A stretch of DNA of 64,000 bases, taken from assembly GCA_036340075.1 (NCBI GenBank), contig JAYYZJ010000003.1:64001-128000 (forward strand), written 5' to 3'. The stretch is from Thermodesulfobacteriota bacterium. Lineage in GTDB: Bacteria; Desulfobacterota_D; UBA1144. The notes beneath the pieces are model-generated. The model saw nothing but the letters and a program-made list of their open reading frames with translations. It did no database searches and was not told where the DNA came from. Below, one piece after another: positions 30,848 through 43,592 of this stretch. The position numbers and the translations under genes were made by a program. Positions within the stretch are counted from its first letter, which is position 1. Each line of letters opens with the position of its first letter.

Positions 30848-32734
30848 ATGAAAGCCGAAAAGTATGACGTTTTAGTAGTAGGGGGAGGTCATGCTGGATG
30901 TGAAGCAGCTCTAGCTTCTGCCAGAATGGGAACAAAAACTCTTCTTATTACCGGAAACTTAGACACCATAGGAGTTATGTCTTGCAATCCTTCAGTGGGA
31001 GGTGTAGGGAAAGGTCACTTGGTAAGAGAAATTGACGCTCTAGGAGGAGAAATGGCAAAGGCTGCGGATTTTGCTTCAATACAATATAGAAGACTAAATA
31101 CACGCAAGGGGCCGGCCGTACAAGCAACAAGAATTCAAGCTGATCGTAATTTATATAAAAACTACATGAAACAAGTAGTTGAATCTGAGGAAAATCTAAT
31201 TTTAAAACAAAGATTAATTCATTCGTTAATAGAAAAAGAAGGGAAAATTTTAGGTGTAAGAACAAATCAAGGAGAAGATATATATTCGGAATGCGTTGTT
31301 ATAACTCCTGGAACCTTTCCAAATGGGCTTATTCACATTGGTAGTACTCAAATCAGTGCTGGCAGGGCTGGCGAAGCTCCAACGAAAGAAATTGCAAACT
31401 CCTTTAGACATTTGGGGCTCGAAGTAGGAAGGCTTAAAACAGGCACGCCTCCCAGGTTAGATGGAAAAACTATTGATTGGGATAGAACCGAAATTCAAGA
31501 AGGTGATAAAAATCCATCGTTATTTTCTTTTGAGAATTTTAAAATTAGGAATCCTCAACTGGCTTGCCATATTACTTACACAAATGAAAAAACTCACGAA
31601 ATAATTAGAAACAATATTGATAAATCCCCTATGTATTCTGGAACAATTGAAGGAGTGGGGCCTCGATATTGTCCTTCGATAGAAGACAAAATAGTAAAAT
31701 TTCCCGAGAAAGAAAGACATCAAATATTTTTAGAGCCTGAGGGTTTAAATACAAATGAAGTTTATCCGAATGGCATCTCTACAAGTCTTCCAATTGATGT
31801 TCAAATTGAAATTGTCAATAGTATGATTGGTCTTGAGGCAGCTGAATTGATGCGTCCTGGATATGCAGTTGAATATGACTATTGTGATCCAAGAGATCTT
31901 AATTATTCTCTTGAAAGTAAAAAGGTATCAAATCTTTTTCTTGCGGGTCAAATCAATGGAACTACAGGCTATGAAGAAGCAGCAGCTCAAGGATTAATTG
32001 CTGGAATTAATGCATCTCTTAAAATCAAGAATCTCCCCCCTCTGATTCTAAAAAGATCGGAATCATATATAGGTATCTTGATTGATGATCTTGTAACATT
32101 AGGTGTAGACGAACCTTATAGGATGTTTACCTCTAGAGCAGAGCATAGGCTTTTACTTCGTGATGATAATGCTGATTTTAGACTTACTCCAATTGGTTAC
32201 CAAATTGGATTGATAGATGATAAGAGATTTGAACAATTTGAAAAGAAAATGACCGAATATAAGAAAATTATGAAAGAAATTGAAATTGCTCAAATTGTTC
32301 CTACAAAGAAAAATAATAAAATTTTGGAGGAAATTGGAACTCCTGGACTAAAGAAACCTTCATCTTTTAAAGAAATCTTGAGAAGATCTGAGGTAAGCTA
32401 TGATGATTTAATTAAATTTAATCCAGATTATCAAATTACTGATAACAAAATATTAAAATCCTTAATTGAAAATGAAATTAAATACGAGGGTTATATCGAG
32501 CGACAAAATGAGGAGATTAATAAGGTTGCCAAACTTCAAGAAACTCTTATACCGTCGGGGTTAAAGATAGATTCTATTCCTGGGCTATCAAATGAACTCA
32601 AGCAAAAACTCTTAAAGGTAAAGCCGAAAACTATTGGTCAGGCATCACGAATTTCTGGAATTACACCTGCGGCACTAAGTATTTTAATGGTATACATCAA
32701 GAAAAATGAATTAGTAGACCAAAGAAATATATAA
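30848..32734 (+). CDS. mnmG: tRNA uridine-5-carboxymethylaminomethyl modification enzyme
   Basis: [55 protein letters not shown] and [11 protein letters not shown] motifs. Confidence 0.97.
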   Translation: MKAEKYDVLVVGGGHAGCEAALASARMGTKTLLITGNLDTIGVMSCNPSVGGVGKGHLVREIDALGGEMAKAADFASIQYRRLNTRKGPAVQATRIQADRNLYKNYMKQVVESEENLILKQRLIHSLIEKEGKILGVRTNQGEDIYSECVVITPGTFPNGLIHIGSTQISAGRAGEAPTKEIANSFRHLGLEVGRLKTGTPPRLDGKTIDWDRTEIQEGDKNPSLFSFENFKIRNPQLACHITYTNEKTHEIIRNNIDKSPMYSGTIEGVGPRYCPSIEDKIVKFPEKERHQIFLEPEGLNTNEVYPNGISTSLPIDVQIEIVNSMIGLEAAELMRPGYAVEYDYCDPRDLNYSLESKKVSNLFLAGQINGTTGYEEAAAQGLIAGINASLKIKNLPPLILKRSESYIGILIDDLVTLGVDEPYRMFTSRAEHRLLLRDDNADFRLTPIGYQIGLIDDKRFEQFEKKMTEYKKIMKEIEIAQIVPTKKNNKILEEIGTPGLKKPSSFKEILRRSEVSYDDLIKFNPDYQITDNKILKSLIENEIKYEGYIERQNEEINKVAKLQETLIPSGLKIDSIPGLSNELKQKLLKVKPKTIGQASRISGITPAALSILMVYIKKNELVDQRNI

Positions 32735-32761
32735 CAATTCCATCAATCTTTGTAAGCTCTT

Positions 32762-34849
32762 TTAGTTGGTAAGTAGAATTTTTTTAAGCTCTTCTAAAGA
32801 AGAAACGGGCATCGTGCATGTATAGTCTTTGCAAACAAATATTTGAAATTCATCATTTAGTTCTGGAATGAAATCAGAATTTAAAATAATTTCTGAATAA
32901 ATTTGTTTATCTTCATCTGAAGAAATATAGAAAATAGATTTATTTAAATGGTTAAAGTTAATAATGTAATTAACTATCTCGTTATCTAAATTTGGCTCCT
33001 TATTTTTATTCATAACAACAATCTGAAGCTTGTCGGACAAAATTGAATAATGGCTAGTTAAAAACTGTGCTAGATTAATTGGAAATTTTTTTGCCATTTC
33101 TCCTAGTTGAGAAGATAGCTTATTCGCTTTGGTACCAAGTTCATCATCTCCAGTATAATTAGCAACTTTTAATAATCCATACAAGGCAATAGAGTTTCCT
33201 GATGGTATTGCTCCATCTAGCAAATTCTTTTGTCTTACAATAATATTTAAATCTTTGTTATTGGTAGCAAAGAAGCAGCCTTTTTCTTGGTCCCAGAACA
33301 ATTCAATCATCTTGTTGCAAATATTCACTCCGTGTTTAAGAATTTCTGGGTTCAATGTAGTTTCATAAAGATCTAGACATGCTTTTAGAGTAAAAGCATA
33401 GTCATCTATCATTCCTTCAATGGATACTTTGTCTTTCCTATAACAATGAAGCAAGCTATGGTCTTCTAATATCATGTTTTCTTTAATAAAATTGAATGCG
33501 CCTAAAGAAATATCTAAATAATGGTGGTTCCTAAAAGTTCTTGCAGCTTTAGCAAAAGAAGAAATTGCTAGCGCATTCCAATCGGTCAATATTTTATCAT
33601 CCAGCAATGGTCTTATTCTTTTGTTCCTTTCTTTCCTTAATTTATCTTTAATGCGACTTGTCTCAGATACAATCAATTCTGCATCTAAAGAAAATGTTGA
33701 AGAAAAGGAATCAAGCTCGTTTCTTAAATAAACAATGTTTTTCCCATTTTTAGTTTTAGTCGTTTCGTCTTCGAAGTTTCCATCTAATTCAATATTGTAA
33801 ATATGTTCAAAAAATGAGTACTCATCGCTAGTTAGTATTTCTTTTAGTTCGTCGCTGGTCCATAAGTAAAATAATCCTTCCTCGCCCTCACTGTCAGCAT
33901 CTTCTGCAGAAAAAAGTCCTCCCTTGTCAGAAAGCAAAATATCTTTTATATAAAAATATATTTCTTGAATTGTATGCTTGAATAAATCTTTCTTTGTTAA
34001 ACTATATCCTTCTACAAGAGCTTCAACCATAAGAGCTTGATCATATAACATTTTTTCGAAATGTGGCACAAGCCATTTAACATCGGTTGAATATCTATGA
34101 AATCCATAGCCTATATGGTCATAAATTCCTCCTAATATCATTGAAGTTAAAGTTTGGTCAACCATCCTTAGTGAGTCTTTATTGTTTGTATCGCAAGTAA
34201 ATTTTGATAAAAAAATCATGTTGTGAGGGCTGGGGAATTTGGGGGCTTCTCCAAAGCCGCCATATTTTTCATCAAAAAAATCTTTCAGGCTTTCAAATAT
34301 GCTTTCCATGTCCTCTTTTACAATAAAGCTGTCTTTAATTGTTGGGTTGGACACGCTTTTAAGAGAGCCTATAATGCTTTCAGCTGATTTAAGTACTTCG
34401 TCTCTTTTTGTTCTCCATACTTCATCAATCTTTGGAAGCAAGTCTAATAACCCTACCAGGCCATTTCTGCTCGTTTTAGGGAAATAGGTTCCGGCAAAAA
34501 AAGGTATTCTGTCTGGTGTCATTATTATTGTTAATGGCCAGCCCCCTCTACTAGTCATCATTTGACATACAGCCATATAGATACTGTCTATGTCTGGCCT
34601 TTGCTCTCTATCAACCTTGATTGAAATAAAATTAGAATTTAATAAAGATGCTATTTCTTTGTCTTCGAAAGATTCGTGCTCCATAACATGACACCAGTGA
34701 CATGTCGAATAACCTATAGAAAGAAATATAGGCAAATCTTTATCTTTAGCTAATGTAAATGCTTCGTCAGACCACGGATACCAGTTCACAGGGTTCTCTG
34801 CATGTTGAAGCAAGTAGGGGCTATTTTCTTTATTTAGCTTATTGGTCAT
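32762..34849 (-). CDS. Thioredoxin-domain protein, YyaL/SSP411 family
   Basis: [41 protein letters not shown] and DDKILT.WN motifs. Start MTNKL overlaps the upstream stop (ATGA). Confidence 0.92.
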   Translation of the reverse strand: MTNKLNKENSPYLLQHAENPVNWYPWSDEAFTLAKDKDLPIFLSIGYSTCHWCHVMEHESFEDKEIASLLNSNFISIKVDREQRPDIDSIYMAVCQMMTSRGGWPLTIIMTPDRIPFFAGTYFPKTSRNGLVGLLDLLPKIDEVWRTKRDEVLKSAESIIGSLKSVSNPTIKDSFIVKEDMESIFESLKDFFDEKYGGFGEAPKFPSPHNMIFLSKFTCDTNNKDSLRMVDQTLTSMILGGIYDHIGYGFHRYSTDVKWLVPHFEKMLYDQALMVEALVEGYSLTKKDLFKHTIQEIYFYIKDILLSDKGGLFSAEDADSEGEEGLFYLWTSDELKEILTSDEYSFFEHIYNIELDGNFEDETTKTKNGKNIVYLRNELDSFSSTFSLDAELIVSETSRIKDKLRKERNKRIRPLLDDKILTDWNALAISSFAKAARTFRNHHYLDISLGAFNFIKENMILEDHSLLHCYRKDKVSIEGMIDDYAFTLKACLDLYETTLNPEILKHGVNICNKMIELFWDQEKGCFFATNNKDLNIIVRQKNLLDGAIPSGNSIALYGLLKVANYTGDDELGTKANKLSSQLGEMAKKFPINLAQFLTSHYSILSDKLQIVVMNKNKEPNLDNEIVNYIINFNHLNKSIFYISSDEDKQIYSEIILNSDFIPELNDEFQIFVCKDYTCTMPVSSLEELKKILLTN

Positions 34850-35556
34850 TTGTTCATCTCGTTCATCACTAATTGCATATCTTCCCAAACAAGTTTTTTT
34901 CTTGAACCATCTCTCAATAATGCTGCAGGGTGATAAGTTACTATAACTTTTGCATTGTATTTGCTAAAAAATTTTCCCCTTAAGTCCATTATTCTATCCT
35001 TGGTTCCAAGTATTCCTTCCGCTGCTGTTGCGCCAAGACATACTATTATTTTTGGATTGACAAAAGAAATTTGTGTTGCCAAATAATTGGAACATGCTTC
35101 CATCTCGCTAAGCTCTGGTTTTCTATTGTCTGGAGGCCTGCATTTAACAATATTGCAAATATAAACATCATTTTCTGATAAATTCATAGCATCGTCATTA
35201 AACATAATCTTATCAAGAAGCTTGCCTGCTCTGCCTACAAATGGCTTACCTACCATATCTTCATCTCTTCCTGGGCCTTCCCCAATAAACATTATATCGG
35301 CTTTATCGTTTCCTCGAGAAAAGACAGTGTTGTTCCTATCCTTATGCAAAGGGCATAATGTGCATTCTTCTACTGCTGTCTTAATTTCTTCCAAGCTGTT
35401 AAATTGAGAATTAGGTTCAATGTTTCCTTGGATCAAATTTGCAACTTTATCTCTATCTTCCTTCTTTAAAAAAACCCCTTGGATTCCTAGAGATTTTAGG
35501 CTTCTTGCCCGCCTTATTATTTTTTTCATTTGTAGATTTTTATCTTCTTCATTCAT
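34846..35556 (-). CDS. Uracil-DNA glycosylase family 4 (Fe-S)
   Basis: C..C.L, GEGPG..ED..G.PFVG.AG.LL, N.VKCRPP.NR.P and TYHPAALL motifs. Confidence 0.92.
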   Translation of the reverse strand: MNEEDKNLQMKKIIRRARSLKSLGIQGVFLKKEDRDKVANLIQGNIEPNSQFNSLEEIKTAVEECTLCPLHKDRNNTVFSRGNDKADIMFIGEGPGRDEDMVGKPFVGRAGKLLDKIMFNDDAMNLSENDVYICNIVKCRPPDNRKPELSEMEACSNYLATQISFVNPKIIVCLGATAAEGILGTKDRIMDLRGKFFSKYNAKVIVTYHPAALLRDGSRKKLVWEDMQLVMNEMNK

Positions 35557-35605
35557 GATGTATATATTAAAAATAAACTATAATGTTTTTTTTTAAAAAA
35601 GGGTA

Positions 35606-38044
35606 ATGAAATACAATCATTTAGCAATAGAAAAAAAATGGCAAAACGAATGGGATAAGTCTGAGTTATTTTTAGCTGACAAAAATAAAAAAAACAAGAA
35701 GTACTACATATTGGAAATGTTTCCATACCCGTCTGGGCGGATCCATATGGGTCATGTAAGAAATTATACTATTGGAGATGTAATAGCGCGGTACAAGACA
35801 GCGAACAACTATAATGTTCTTCATCCCATGGGGTGGGATGCTTTCGGTATGCCCGCTGAGAATGCTGCTATCCAAAATAATGTTCATCCTAGAAAATGGA
35901 CTTATTCAAATATCGAGACAATGAAGTCTCAGTTGAAACAAATGGGTCTTTCCTATGATTGGTCTAGGGAAATCAAAACGTGCGATAAAGAATATTTTGT
36001 ACATGAACAAAGATTCTTTCTTGAGCTTTATCAGGCAGGATTGGCATACAAGAAAGAAGCCTATGTGAATTGGGATCCTGTTGACCGAACAGTTTTGGCA
36101 AATGAACAAGTTATTGAAGGTAAAGGGTGGAGATCTGGTGCACTAGTTGAACAAAAAAAACTTTCTCAATGGTTCTTAAAAATTACTGATTTTGCAGATG
36201 ATTTAAACGAAGGCTTAAAAGAACTGACAAATTGGCCTAAGAAAGTTGTATCAATGCAAGAGAACTGGATTGGTAAATCAACAGGAGCATTAATAAATTT
36301 TGACGTATCTGGTTCCACAAGCAGAATAGAAGTTTTCACAACTAGGCCTGACACAATCTTTGGTGCTTCCTTTATAGGATTGTCTCCTGACCATCCTATT
36401 TCTTCTAAATTGGCTAAGGAAAATTCTGATATAGACAGCTTTATAAAAACTTGTAAGAAAAGTGGATCGAGCATTGTTGAGATTGAGAAAGCGGAAAAGC
36501 TTGGTATAGATACTGGACTAAGAGCAAAACATCCTTACGATAAAGTTCATTTGCCTGTTTACATTGCTAATTTCATTTTGATGGATTATGGGACAGGTGC
36601 GATATTTGGATGTCCTGCTCATGATCAAAGAGATTTTGAATTTGCTAAAAAATATAATTTGGAAATTACACAAGTGGTTGCTGGAGAGGATTCGGTGGCA
36701 GAATTAAAAGAAGCATATACGGGAGATGGCAAAATTGTTAATTCTGATTTTCTAGATGGTTTATCTATTAAGGATGCACAAAAAAAAGTTCTTACTGATT
36801 TAGAAAAAAAGGGTTATGGAAAAGAAACGGTCAAATACAAATTGCGAGATTGGGGTGTGTCGCGGCAAAGATACTGGGGATGTCCGATACCAATTATGTA
36901 TCTTGAGGATGGAACCGCGGTTCCTGTTCCTGAAAAAGATTTGCCTGTTGAGCTTCCAGAGGATATTGACTGGGAGCAGCCAGGAAATCCGTTAGACAAT
37001 CATCCAACATGGAAACATACGAAATGCCCTAACACTGGCAAGCCAGCAGTTAGAGAAACTGACACTTTTGATACATTTTTTGAATCTTCGTGGTATTTCG
37101 CTCGTTTTTGCTCTCCCAAATCAAACTCAATAATTGACAAAGGTTTTTCAAAGTGGATGCCTGTGGATAAATATATTGGCGGTATAGAACATGCAATTCT
37201 TCATTTGCTTTATTCGCGGTTTTTCATGCATTGTTTTCATAAGCTTGGGAAATCAGAAATAAAAGAACCTTTTGATAATCTCATTACACAAGGGATGGTT
37301 CTTAATGATGGAGCCAAAATGTCAAAGTCCCTCGGAAACACAGTAGATCCAGAAGATATTATTGAAAAGTTTGGTGCTGACACTATTAGATTGTTTATCT
37401 TATTTTCTGCACCTGTAGACAAAGATTTAGAGTGGAGCGACAAAGGCATTGAGGGATCAAATAGGTTTATTAAAAGAATTTGGAATTTCGTTAATGAGAA
37501 TATTGCTTTAGCAAATACGACCTACAATGAGCCCATCGAATCATTAAACAGCGAGGAAAAAAGTCTACTAATTAAGATACACAAAACAATAAAGAAAGTT
37601 ACTAATGATATCGAAAGCATGCAGTTTAATACTGCTATTGCGTCATTAATGGAATTATTGAATGCTGGATACAAATTTTTGGAGAAAAATAAAAATGATA
37701 GCTTGATAGGTTTTTTTGTTTCACAGTTCTTATTGGTTTCAAATCCATTTGTGCCCCATATTTCAAATGAACTATGGTCTCTAAGCAAAGAAAATCAAAA
37801 GGACATCAACTTGCTTTGGCCAACTTGGGATGAGTCGATAATCAACCAAGACGAAATACAAATTGTTATTCAAATAAACGGGAAAACTCGGGGGACACTA
37901 TCCTACTCTGCGGAAGGCATTAACGAGAAAAAGATTCTTGAGGATGTAAATAAAAATCCTAAGCTATATAAATATTTAGAAAAAGAGAAAATAATTAAAA
38001 CGGTCTATGTGGAAAATAGATTACTGAACTTAATAATTAAATAG
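35606..38044 (+). CDS. leuS: Leucine--tRNA ligase
   Basis: MFPYPSG..HMGH, GWDAFG.PAENAA, CP1 editing domain ([16 protein letters not shown]), [12 protein letters not shown] and KMSKS. Confidence 0.97.
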   Translation: MKYNHLAIEKKWQNEWDKSELFLADKNKKNKKYYILEMFPYPSGRIHMGHVRNYTIGDVIARYKTANNYNVLHPMGWDAFGMPAENAAIQNNVHPRKWTYSNIETMKSQLKQMGLSYDWSREIKTCDKEYFVHEQRFFLELYQAGLAYKKEAYVNWDPVDRTVLANEQVIEGKGWRSGALVEQKKLSQWFLKITDFADDLNEGLKELTNWPKKVVSMQENWIGKSTGALINFDVSGSTSRIEVFTTRPDTIFGASFIGLSPDHPISSKLAKENSDIDSFIKTCKKSGSSIVEIEKAEKLGIDTGLRAKHPYDKVHLPVYIANFILMDYGTGAIFGCPAHDQRDFEFAKKYNLEITQVVAGEDSVAELKEAYTGDGKIVNSDFLDGLSIKDAQKKVLTDLEKKGYGKETVKYKLRDWGVSRQRYWGCPIPIMYLEDGTAVPVPEKDLPVELPEDIDWEQPGNPLDNHPTWKHTKCPNTGKPAVRETDTFDTFFESSWYFARFCSPKSNSIIDKGFSKWMPVDKYIGGIEHAILHLLYSRFFMHCFHKLGKSEIKEPFDNLITQGMVLNDGAKMSKSLGNTVDPEDIIEKFGADTIRLFILFSAPVDKDLEWSDKGIEGSNRFIKRIWNFVNENIALANTTYNEPIESLNSEEKSLLIKIHKTIKKVTNDIESMQFNTAIASLMELLNAGYKFLEKNKNDSLIGFFVSQFLLVSNPFVPHISNELWSLSKENQKDINLLWPTWDESIINQDEIQIVIQINGKTRGTLSYSAEGINEKKILEDVNKNPKLYKYLEKEKIIKTVYVENRLLNLIIK

Positions 38045-39200
38045 ATAAGTTTTTAATTCTTTCGACTGCTTCGATAAGTCTATTATCTTCTATAGTGACA
38101 GAAGCTCTTGTATAGCCTTCACCATATTCACCAAAACCAGTTCCTGGTGTCATAACAATTCCTGCGTCTTCGAGTAAAATGTTAGCAAATTCGCTTGATA
38201 AAAGATTCTTTGGGTTCTTAAACCAAACATAAAAAGTTCCATTAGGCTTATAAACTTCAATTCCTATCGAGTTTAATCCATTAGAAAGAAGCTCACATCT
38301 TTTTTTATATATTGCGACTCGATCCTGCAAACCATCTTCATAGTTTCTTAAGGCTTCTATGCCGGCTTCCTGTATGGCCTGAAATGCTCCTGAGTCTATA
38401 TTAGTTTTAATTTTTCCAATACCTGCAACACCTTTTTCATTTCCAACAACGTGTGCGAGTCTCCACCCGGTCATACTAAAAGTTTTCGACAAACTGTGGA
38501 ATTCGATTCCTACATCTATGGCTCCATCATACTCTAAGAAGCTTTTTGGTTTTTCGTTAAAGTAAACTTCTGTATATGCTGCATCATGACAAACTAAAAT
38601 ATTATTTTTGTCTGCAAATTCAATTGTCTTTTTAAAAAATTCGTCAGTAGCAAATGCAGTAGTGGGATTATTGGGATAGTTTAAGAACATAATCTTAGCT
38701 TTTTTAACAATGTCTTGTGGTATTGAATCTAAATCGGGCATAAATCCATTTGATTCAAGAAGTGGCATTTGATAAGGAATTCCTCCAGCAAAGGTAGTTG
38801 CTATTGAGTAAACTGGGTATCCGGGGTTCGGCACAAGTGCAATATCACCCGGGTTAATAAATGCCAAAGGTGCGTGGGCGACCCCTTCCTTGGATCCAAT
38901 TAATATAATTACATTTTTATCTCCTTCTACATCAACATTAAAACGTTTTTTATACCACGCGGCAACCTCGTTCCTAAAGGACATCATCCCAGCATAAGAT
39001 GGATATGTATGGTTGTCTGGATTTAAAGAAGCTTGATGTAGTGCCTTAATTATTCTTTCTGGGGTTGGGATATCTGGGTCTCCAACACCTAAATCAATTA
39101 CATCCACCCCTTTCTTTATCAATTCATCTTTTTTTGCATCAATCTCTGCAAATAAATAGGGGGGCAAATTGCTTATTCTGTCTGACCATTGAATATTCAT
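38037..39200 (-). CDS. dapL: Class I/II PLP aminotransferase, probably LL-diaminopimelate aminotransferase
   Basis: LPPYLFA.ID, DLG.GDPD.PTP, GSKEG, NYPNNPT, D.AY and SLSKT.SMTGWR motifs. Confidence 0.75.
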   Translation of the reverse strand: MNIQWSDRISNLPPYLFAEIDAKKDELIKKGVDVIDLGVGDPDIPTPERIIKALHQASLNPDNHTYPSYAGMMSFRNEVAAWYKKRFNVDVEGDKNVIILIGSKEGVAHAPLAFINPGDIALVPNPGYPVYSIATTFAGGIPYQMPLLESNGFMPDLDSIPQDIVKKAKIMFLNYPNNPTTAFATDEFFKKTIEFADKNNILVCHDAAYTEVYFNEKPKSFLEYDGAIDVGIEFHSLSKTFSMTGWRLAHVVGNEKGVAGIGKIKTNIDSGAFQAIQEAGIEALRNYEDGLQDRVAIYKKRCELLSNGLNSIGIEVYKPNGTFYVWFKNPKNLLSSEFANILLEDAGIVMTPGTGFGEYGEGYTRASVTIEDNRLIEAVERIKNLSI

Positions 39201-39247
39201 AGTTGCGTTAATTTAAACATAAAAAATCTCGACTTCAAACAAGATAT

Positions 39248-40321
39248 TTATCTTGTTAACAAAAGTATTTTAAACTTTTCACCCATCGAGTTAGGGAGTA
39301 AAAGATTTTTCATTCTTTCAATAGAATTTTTTTTCATATATTTACTTTCTGACTGATAAATATCAAGAATATTATTTTCTATAAGAAACTTACTTTGAGA
39401 ATTAAAAAGAAGTTCTTTAAATCCATATGAAGTTGCAATTTGTGACAAAAGAGAAAAATTTACATCGTGAGTTATATCTTGAGAATAAATATTTTCATAA
39501 AAATTTCTTGATACTTTGTGTTTGTAAAAACAGCGGGCTGTTCCAAATGGATCCTCTGTTGTATTGTAAAATTCGGACTTGTTTCCATAGTCAATTATAA
39601 GAAAAAATGCTCTAGTAAAATTTTTGGAAACGCTGTCAAAAAAGTTTTCGTAACTGTACTCTGTTGTTTTAGAGTTTGGAAATTCAAAAAAGAAATTTTC
39701 TTTTGCTTTTAGTTTTAACATTGAAACCTTTTTTATCAAATCTTTGCATGCTTCTTCTTCGTACTCTTTAATTCCATCTATATTGCTTCCCGGAATTGGT
39801 TCTTTTTTGTTAGAGTCGTATCTTATATTAATTTGATAAAGCTTATTTTCTCTAAAAACACATCTGTCGAATGGTAGGGAATCAAAGAGCTCGTTGCAAA
39901 ATATAATCCCAGTTGTCTTGGTTTTGACTTCTGCAATACTTCGTTTAATAGAAAATCTTTTCTTATGTTTTTTTAGTTTAATTAAAATATCATTTTTCTT
40001 CGAGTTGTTTGTTTCGACTAGATAAACAATTAATCGATCGTAAATTTTCGGATGCCTCTCTAAGAAGAAATCAAGAACATCCTTCATTAGGCTTCCATCG
40101 TTTGGGGCAATCTCAATTAAACTAATTTCTCCTAAAATTTTATTCTCAATAATGGTTTTAGAAAACGAAGAAGCAAGTGCTCTGCCAAAAAGAGGGGTCT
40201 GTGAAGGTGACGTATAAAAATCTCCTTTTGTGCCTATATCCACTTTTTTTCTATAGTATCCATTAGGGCTATAAAGAGCTTCTGTTACAAAATCAGAAAA
40301 AGATTGCGAGTGTTTGTACAT
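39248..40321 (-). CDS. SAM-dependent methyltransferase, MidA/NDUFAF7 family
   Basis: ALY.P.GYY, GDFYTSP, NEL.D.LP, IDYG, QDIT.DVNF and MGE.FK motifs. Start placed at MYKHS, which has TG-n-TATGGT 6 nt upstream. Confidence 0.82.
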   Translation of the reverse strand: MYKHSQSFSDFVTEALYSPNGYYRKKVDIGTKGDFYTSPSQTPLFGRALASSFSKTIIENKILGEISLIEIAPNDGSLMKDVLDFFLERHPKIYDRLIVYLVETNNSKKNDILIKLKKHKKRFSIKRSIAEVKTKTTGIIFCNELFDSLPFDRCVFRENKLYQINIRYDSNKKEPIPGSNIDGIKEYEEEACKDLIKKVSMLKLKAKENFFFEFPNSKTTEYSYENFFDSVSKNFTRAFFLIIDYGNKSEFYNTTEDPFGTARCFYKHKVSRNFYENIYSQDITHDVNFSLLSQIATSYGFKELLFNSQSKFLIENNILDIYQSESKYMKKNSIERMKNLLLPNSMGEKFKILLLTR

Positions 40322-40383
40322 TACTAAACCATAACAAATATGGCTCAAATTGTTTAGGTGTATCAAATTGGTTAAAATAGAGC

Positions 40384-40944
40384 ATGGCCAAAAAGACTAG
40401 AATATCTAAAGTTTATACAAAAACTGGCGACATGGGCAAAACCATGCTGGTTGATGGAAAAATTGTTTTTAAAGACTCTGAAAGAGTTATTGCGTATGGC
40501 GACATAGATGAATTAAATTCAATACTTGGAATTGTTCTTAGCACTGAAATAAACAAAAGAGTTAGAACAATACTTACGAGGATACAAAACGATTTGTTTA
40601 TTTTGGGTGCCGACCTAGCTTCAACAAAGGATGTAAATGTTCCTAGAATAAAGAAGTCAAAAATAACCTGGCTCGAGAATACTATCGATAAATACGTAGA
40701 AGAAGTCGGTCCATTAAAAGAATTCGTTTTACCTGCTGGCACACTATCTGGCTCTACGCTTCATCTTGCAAGGACAGTTTGTAGAAGAGCTGAGAGGTCA
40801 GCTGTGTCTTTGCAAAAAAAAGAATGGATCAATTCTTTCTCGTTGATTTATATTAACAGGCTATCTGACCTTCTGTTTGTTTTGGCAAGATACGAAAACA
40901 AACTCAATGGAGAAGGAGAAGTGTTTGTTAATTTTAAAAAATGA
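40384..40944 (+). CDS. Cob(I)alamin adenosyltransferase, PduO type
   Basis: KVYTKTGD.G.T, YG.IDELNS, QN.LF..GA.LA, F.LP.G, RTVCRRAER and NRLSD.LF motifs. Confidence 0.92.
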   Translation: MAKKTRISKVYTKTGDMGKTMLVDGKIVFKDSERVIAYGDIDELNSILGIVLSTEINKRVRTILTRIQNDLFILGADLASTKDVNVPRIKKSKITWLENTIDKYVEEVGPLKEFVLPAGTLSGSTLHLARTVCRRAERSAVSLQKKEWINSFSLIYINRLSDLLFVLARYENKLNGEGEVFVNFKK

Positions 40945-43493
40945 ACAATAACTCAAAAGATTTTAGTCGGCGCTTTAAGCTTCTTTTTGAAAATATTGAA
41001 AAATTTCATTTAACTGGAAAGCCAGGTGGTCTTGATGTGGCAAATAAATATTCAAATGAAATTGATAAATTAATATCAAGCGAACTTGATTTAGACTATA
41101 AATCAAAAGGTATTGTTGTTTTAGCCCTCGGTGGATACGGAAGAAGAGAGCTCTGTCCAAAATCAGATATTGATATTTTAATACTTCATGAAAAGTCAAA
41201 AATTAATGAAGCAAAAATACTAGCAGAAAATATTTTGTATAAACTCTGGGACACTGGTCTTGAGGTTGGGAATTCTCTTCGCACAATCAATGATTGTCTT
41301 GAGCTTGCAAGTATGCAAGATTCCACAATCCTTTCCTCACTCCTGGACGAAAGAGCTATAGCCGGTGACTCAATCTTACATACAAAACTAAAGAATGAGC
41401 TTAACAAGAAACTTCTTCCCAACATATCCAAAAATTTTATCAATGAAAAAATGGTTGAAAGAAAAAACCGGCATGAAAAATATGGCAGTGCAAACTTTCT
41501 TCTAGAGCCAAATATAAAAGAGGGTCAAGGTTGTCTCAGGGATATACATAGCTGCTTCTGGATTCTCAGAGCTTTTTATTGTCAAATAGAAATTGATAGA
41601 TTTTTAGATGGTGGATTTTTAAATAAGGAAGAAATTAATACAATTAATCAATCGTTAGATTTTTTATTGAAAGTTAGAAATCATTTGCATTTAAAGAAGT
41701 CGACAGATTTTGATGTAATTGATTATGGCTTCCAGAGTAATGCGGCAGACTTTTTCAAAATAAAAGACGACGACTTTCTAACAAAAGAAAATCTTTTTAT
41801 GAAAATTTTTTATGGAACAACGAATAGGATTTCTCTCTTAACTGATAAAATCATAGAGAGGACCCTGGAAAAGAAAATTTTTACTTCGAGAAGAATTCAG
41901 AATTTAGATGACTTTTATATAATCCACAGGGGTAAGATTAGAGCAATTAATCCTGCTTTTATTCTAGAACAACCAAAAAATATTCTTAAATCATTTGAAC
42001 ATTCTGCAAATCATTCCAAAGAGCTATCGGATGAAGTTGTTGATGAAATAAAAAAAATAAAATCTTTCAAGTTTTCTATAGAGGGTAAAAAAATCTTATT
42101 TACTAGTTTCCTTGATTTGTTAAAAAGGGGGAAAAATATCTATACAGTATTGCGCAACCTTAACGATTTTGATTTAATTAATTTTTTTCTTCCTGAATTT
42201 GAAAAAATAAAAAATTTAGCTGTTGCGGATCCTTCTCATATTTACACTGTCGATATTCATTCTCTCTATATTGTTAATGAATTTGAGAGGTTGCTCGATG
42301 GATCTTACAAAGACGAATTTCCCTTGGAAACAAAAATCGCAAATGGGCTAAAGAAGCGTGAAATATTTTATCTGTCTGCATTGATTCACGATATAGGAAA
42401 AGGGTACGGCAATAATCATGCTAAACGTGGGGCTAGTATGTGTAAAAAAATCTGTTCAAGGCTCGTGGCAGATAAGTCTTTTTACGAATTGATAGAATTC
42501 TTAGTCGGTGAACACTTAACAATGTCTTCTTATTCTCAAAAAAGGGATTTGGATGACCCCGAGCTAATAAAAGAGTTTAAGGAACGAATCCAAACAGTTG
42601 AAAGATTGGACTATCTCTTTATATTGACCTTCTGTGATCTCCGAAGTGTTGGTCCTGATGTTTGGTCTCCCTGGAAAGGGAACTTGTTGTCAACGCTTTA
42701 TAAAAAAACAACGCAACTAATTTCTGACACGAAAAAGGGGGGGAGAGCTAAATCAAGACCTTCGTCCAGAAACGATAAGGAAAAAAAGATTTTTAATGAA
42801 ATAAACAAAAACGAGTTTGAGAGAATTGCTGGCAAAAGGCACTCGTCTTACTTTGACAACTACTCTGTTGAAGACATTGTGTATCAGGTTAATCTTTTGC
42901 CTAAAAATCCTGAGCTCTTATCTTTGGGATTAAAGTACAGTCAGAAAAAAGAAATAGACAAATTAACTATATGGTCCAAAGACAAAGAAATTGGCTTCCA
43001 AGAGATTTGTTCTGCTTTGTCTTCATTTAATATTAATATATTCTCTGGTCGAGTGACTCCTTTAAAAAACAAACTCGTTCTTTACACATTTGAGGTTAAT
43101 AGGTTTGGCCACTCTACTTTTAGAGAAAGAGAAGTTTGGGGCTCTATTGAAAAGATACTTAAAGATAAAAATACTTTGTCTCTACCAAAGCCGAATCAAA
43201 CAAAGTACGTTAATTCTGCGGGAGGGACAATTACAACAAAAATCAAGATTGACAACTTGTCTTCTAAAAAATTTACAATTATAGAATTAGTGGCTAGAGA
43301 CAGGCCTGGGATTTTGTATGATATTTCCAAAGGATTAAAAGGTTTTGATTTAGATATTGGGTTTGTAAAAATTGCCACAAAAAGAGGGTCTGTTGAAGAT
43401 TCTTTCTATGTTAGAAAAAGAAGTGGGGATAAATTATCAGATGAGGACAACCTTTCTGAGATAAAAAATGGCTTACTCTCAATTGTTGCTTAA
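40941..43493 (+). CDS. glnD: PII uridylyltransferase / uridylyl-removing enzyme
   Basis: GGYGR.EL.P.SD.D, LEPNIKEG.G.LRD, H.YTVD.HS, HDIGKG, and two ACT domains (DRPG.L). Confidence 0.92.
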   Translation: MNNNSKDFSRRFKLLFENIEKFHLTGKPGGLDVANKYSNEIDKLISSELDLDYKSKGIVVLALGGYGRRELCPKSDIDILILHEKSKINEAKILAENILYKLWDTGLEVGNSLRTINDCLELASMQDSTILSSLLDERAIAGDSILHTKLKNELNKKLLPNISKNFINEKMVERKNRHEKYGSANFLLEPNIKEGQGCLRDIHSCFWILRAFYCQIEIDRFLDGGFLNKEEINTINQSLDFLLKVRNHLHLKKSTDFDVIDYGFQSNAADFFKIKDDDFLTKENLFMKIFYGTTNRISLLTDKIIERTLEKKIFTSRRIQNLDDFYIIHRGKIRAINPAFILEQPKNILKSFEHSANHSKELSDEVVDEIKKIKSFKFSIEGKKILFTSFLDLLKRGKNIYTVLRNLNDFDLINFFLPEFEKIKNLAVADPSHIYTVDIHSLYIVNEFERLLDGSYKDEFPLETKIANGLKKREIFYLSALIHDIGKGYGNNHAKRGASMCKKICSRLVADKSFYELIEFLVGEHLTMSSYSQKRDLDDPELIKEFKERIQTVERLDYLFILTFCDLRSVGPDVWSPWKGNLLSTLYKKTTQLISDTKKGGRAKSRPSSRNDKEKKIFNEINKNEFERIAGKRHSSYFDNYSVEDIVYQVNLLPKNPELLSLGLKYSQKKEIDKLTIWSKDKEIGFQEICSALSSFNINIFSGRVTPLKNKLVLYTFEVNRFGHSTFREREVWGSIEKILKDKNTLSLPKPNQTKYVNSAGGTITTKIKIDNLSSKKFTIIELVARDRPGILYDISKGLKGFDLDIGFVKIATKRGSVEDSFYVRKRSGDKLSDEDNLSEIKNGLLSIVA

Positions 43494-43509
43494 CAACCAA
43501 TGAATCTAA

Positions 43510-43537
43510 TTGTATTAGAAAAAAATAATGCTATAAT
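43510..43537 (+). promoter_or_regulatory. Putative promoter of the korAB-nadCA operon
   Basis: TTGTAT-16 nt-TATAAT with extended TG (TGCTATAAT). Confidence 0.6.
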
Positions 43538-43551
43538 CACTTCTGTGCATT

Positions 43552-43571
43552 ACCGATTAGTGATAATCGGT
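43552..43571 (+). promoter_or_regulatory. Perfect inverted repeat / GNRA hairpin in the korA leader
   Basis: ACCGATTA-GTGA-TAATCGGT. Confidence 0.55.
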
Positions 43572-43592
43572 GCTTAATTGTTGGAAAATCGG

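Noticed and set aside
35557..35605. T-box upstream of leuS (and a cobalamin riboswitch upstream of pduO)
   Set aside because: The spacers are only about 50-60 bp of mostly A/T, far too short.
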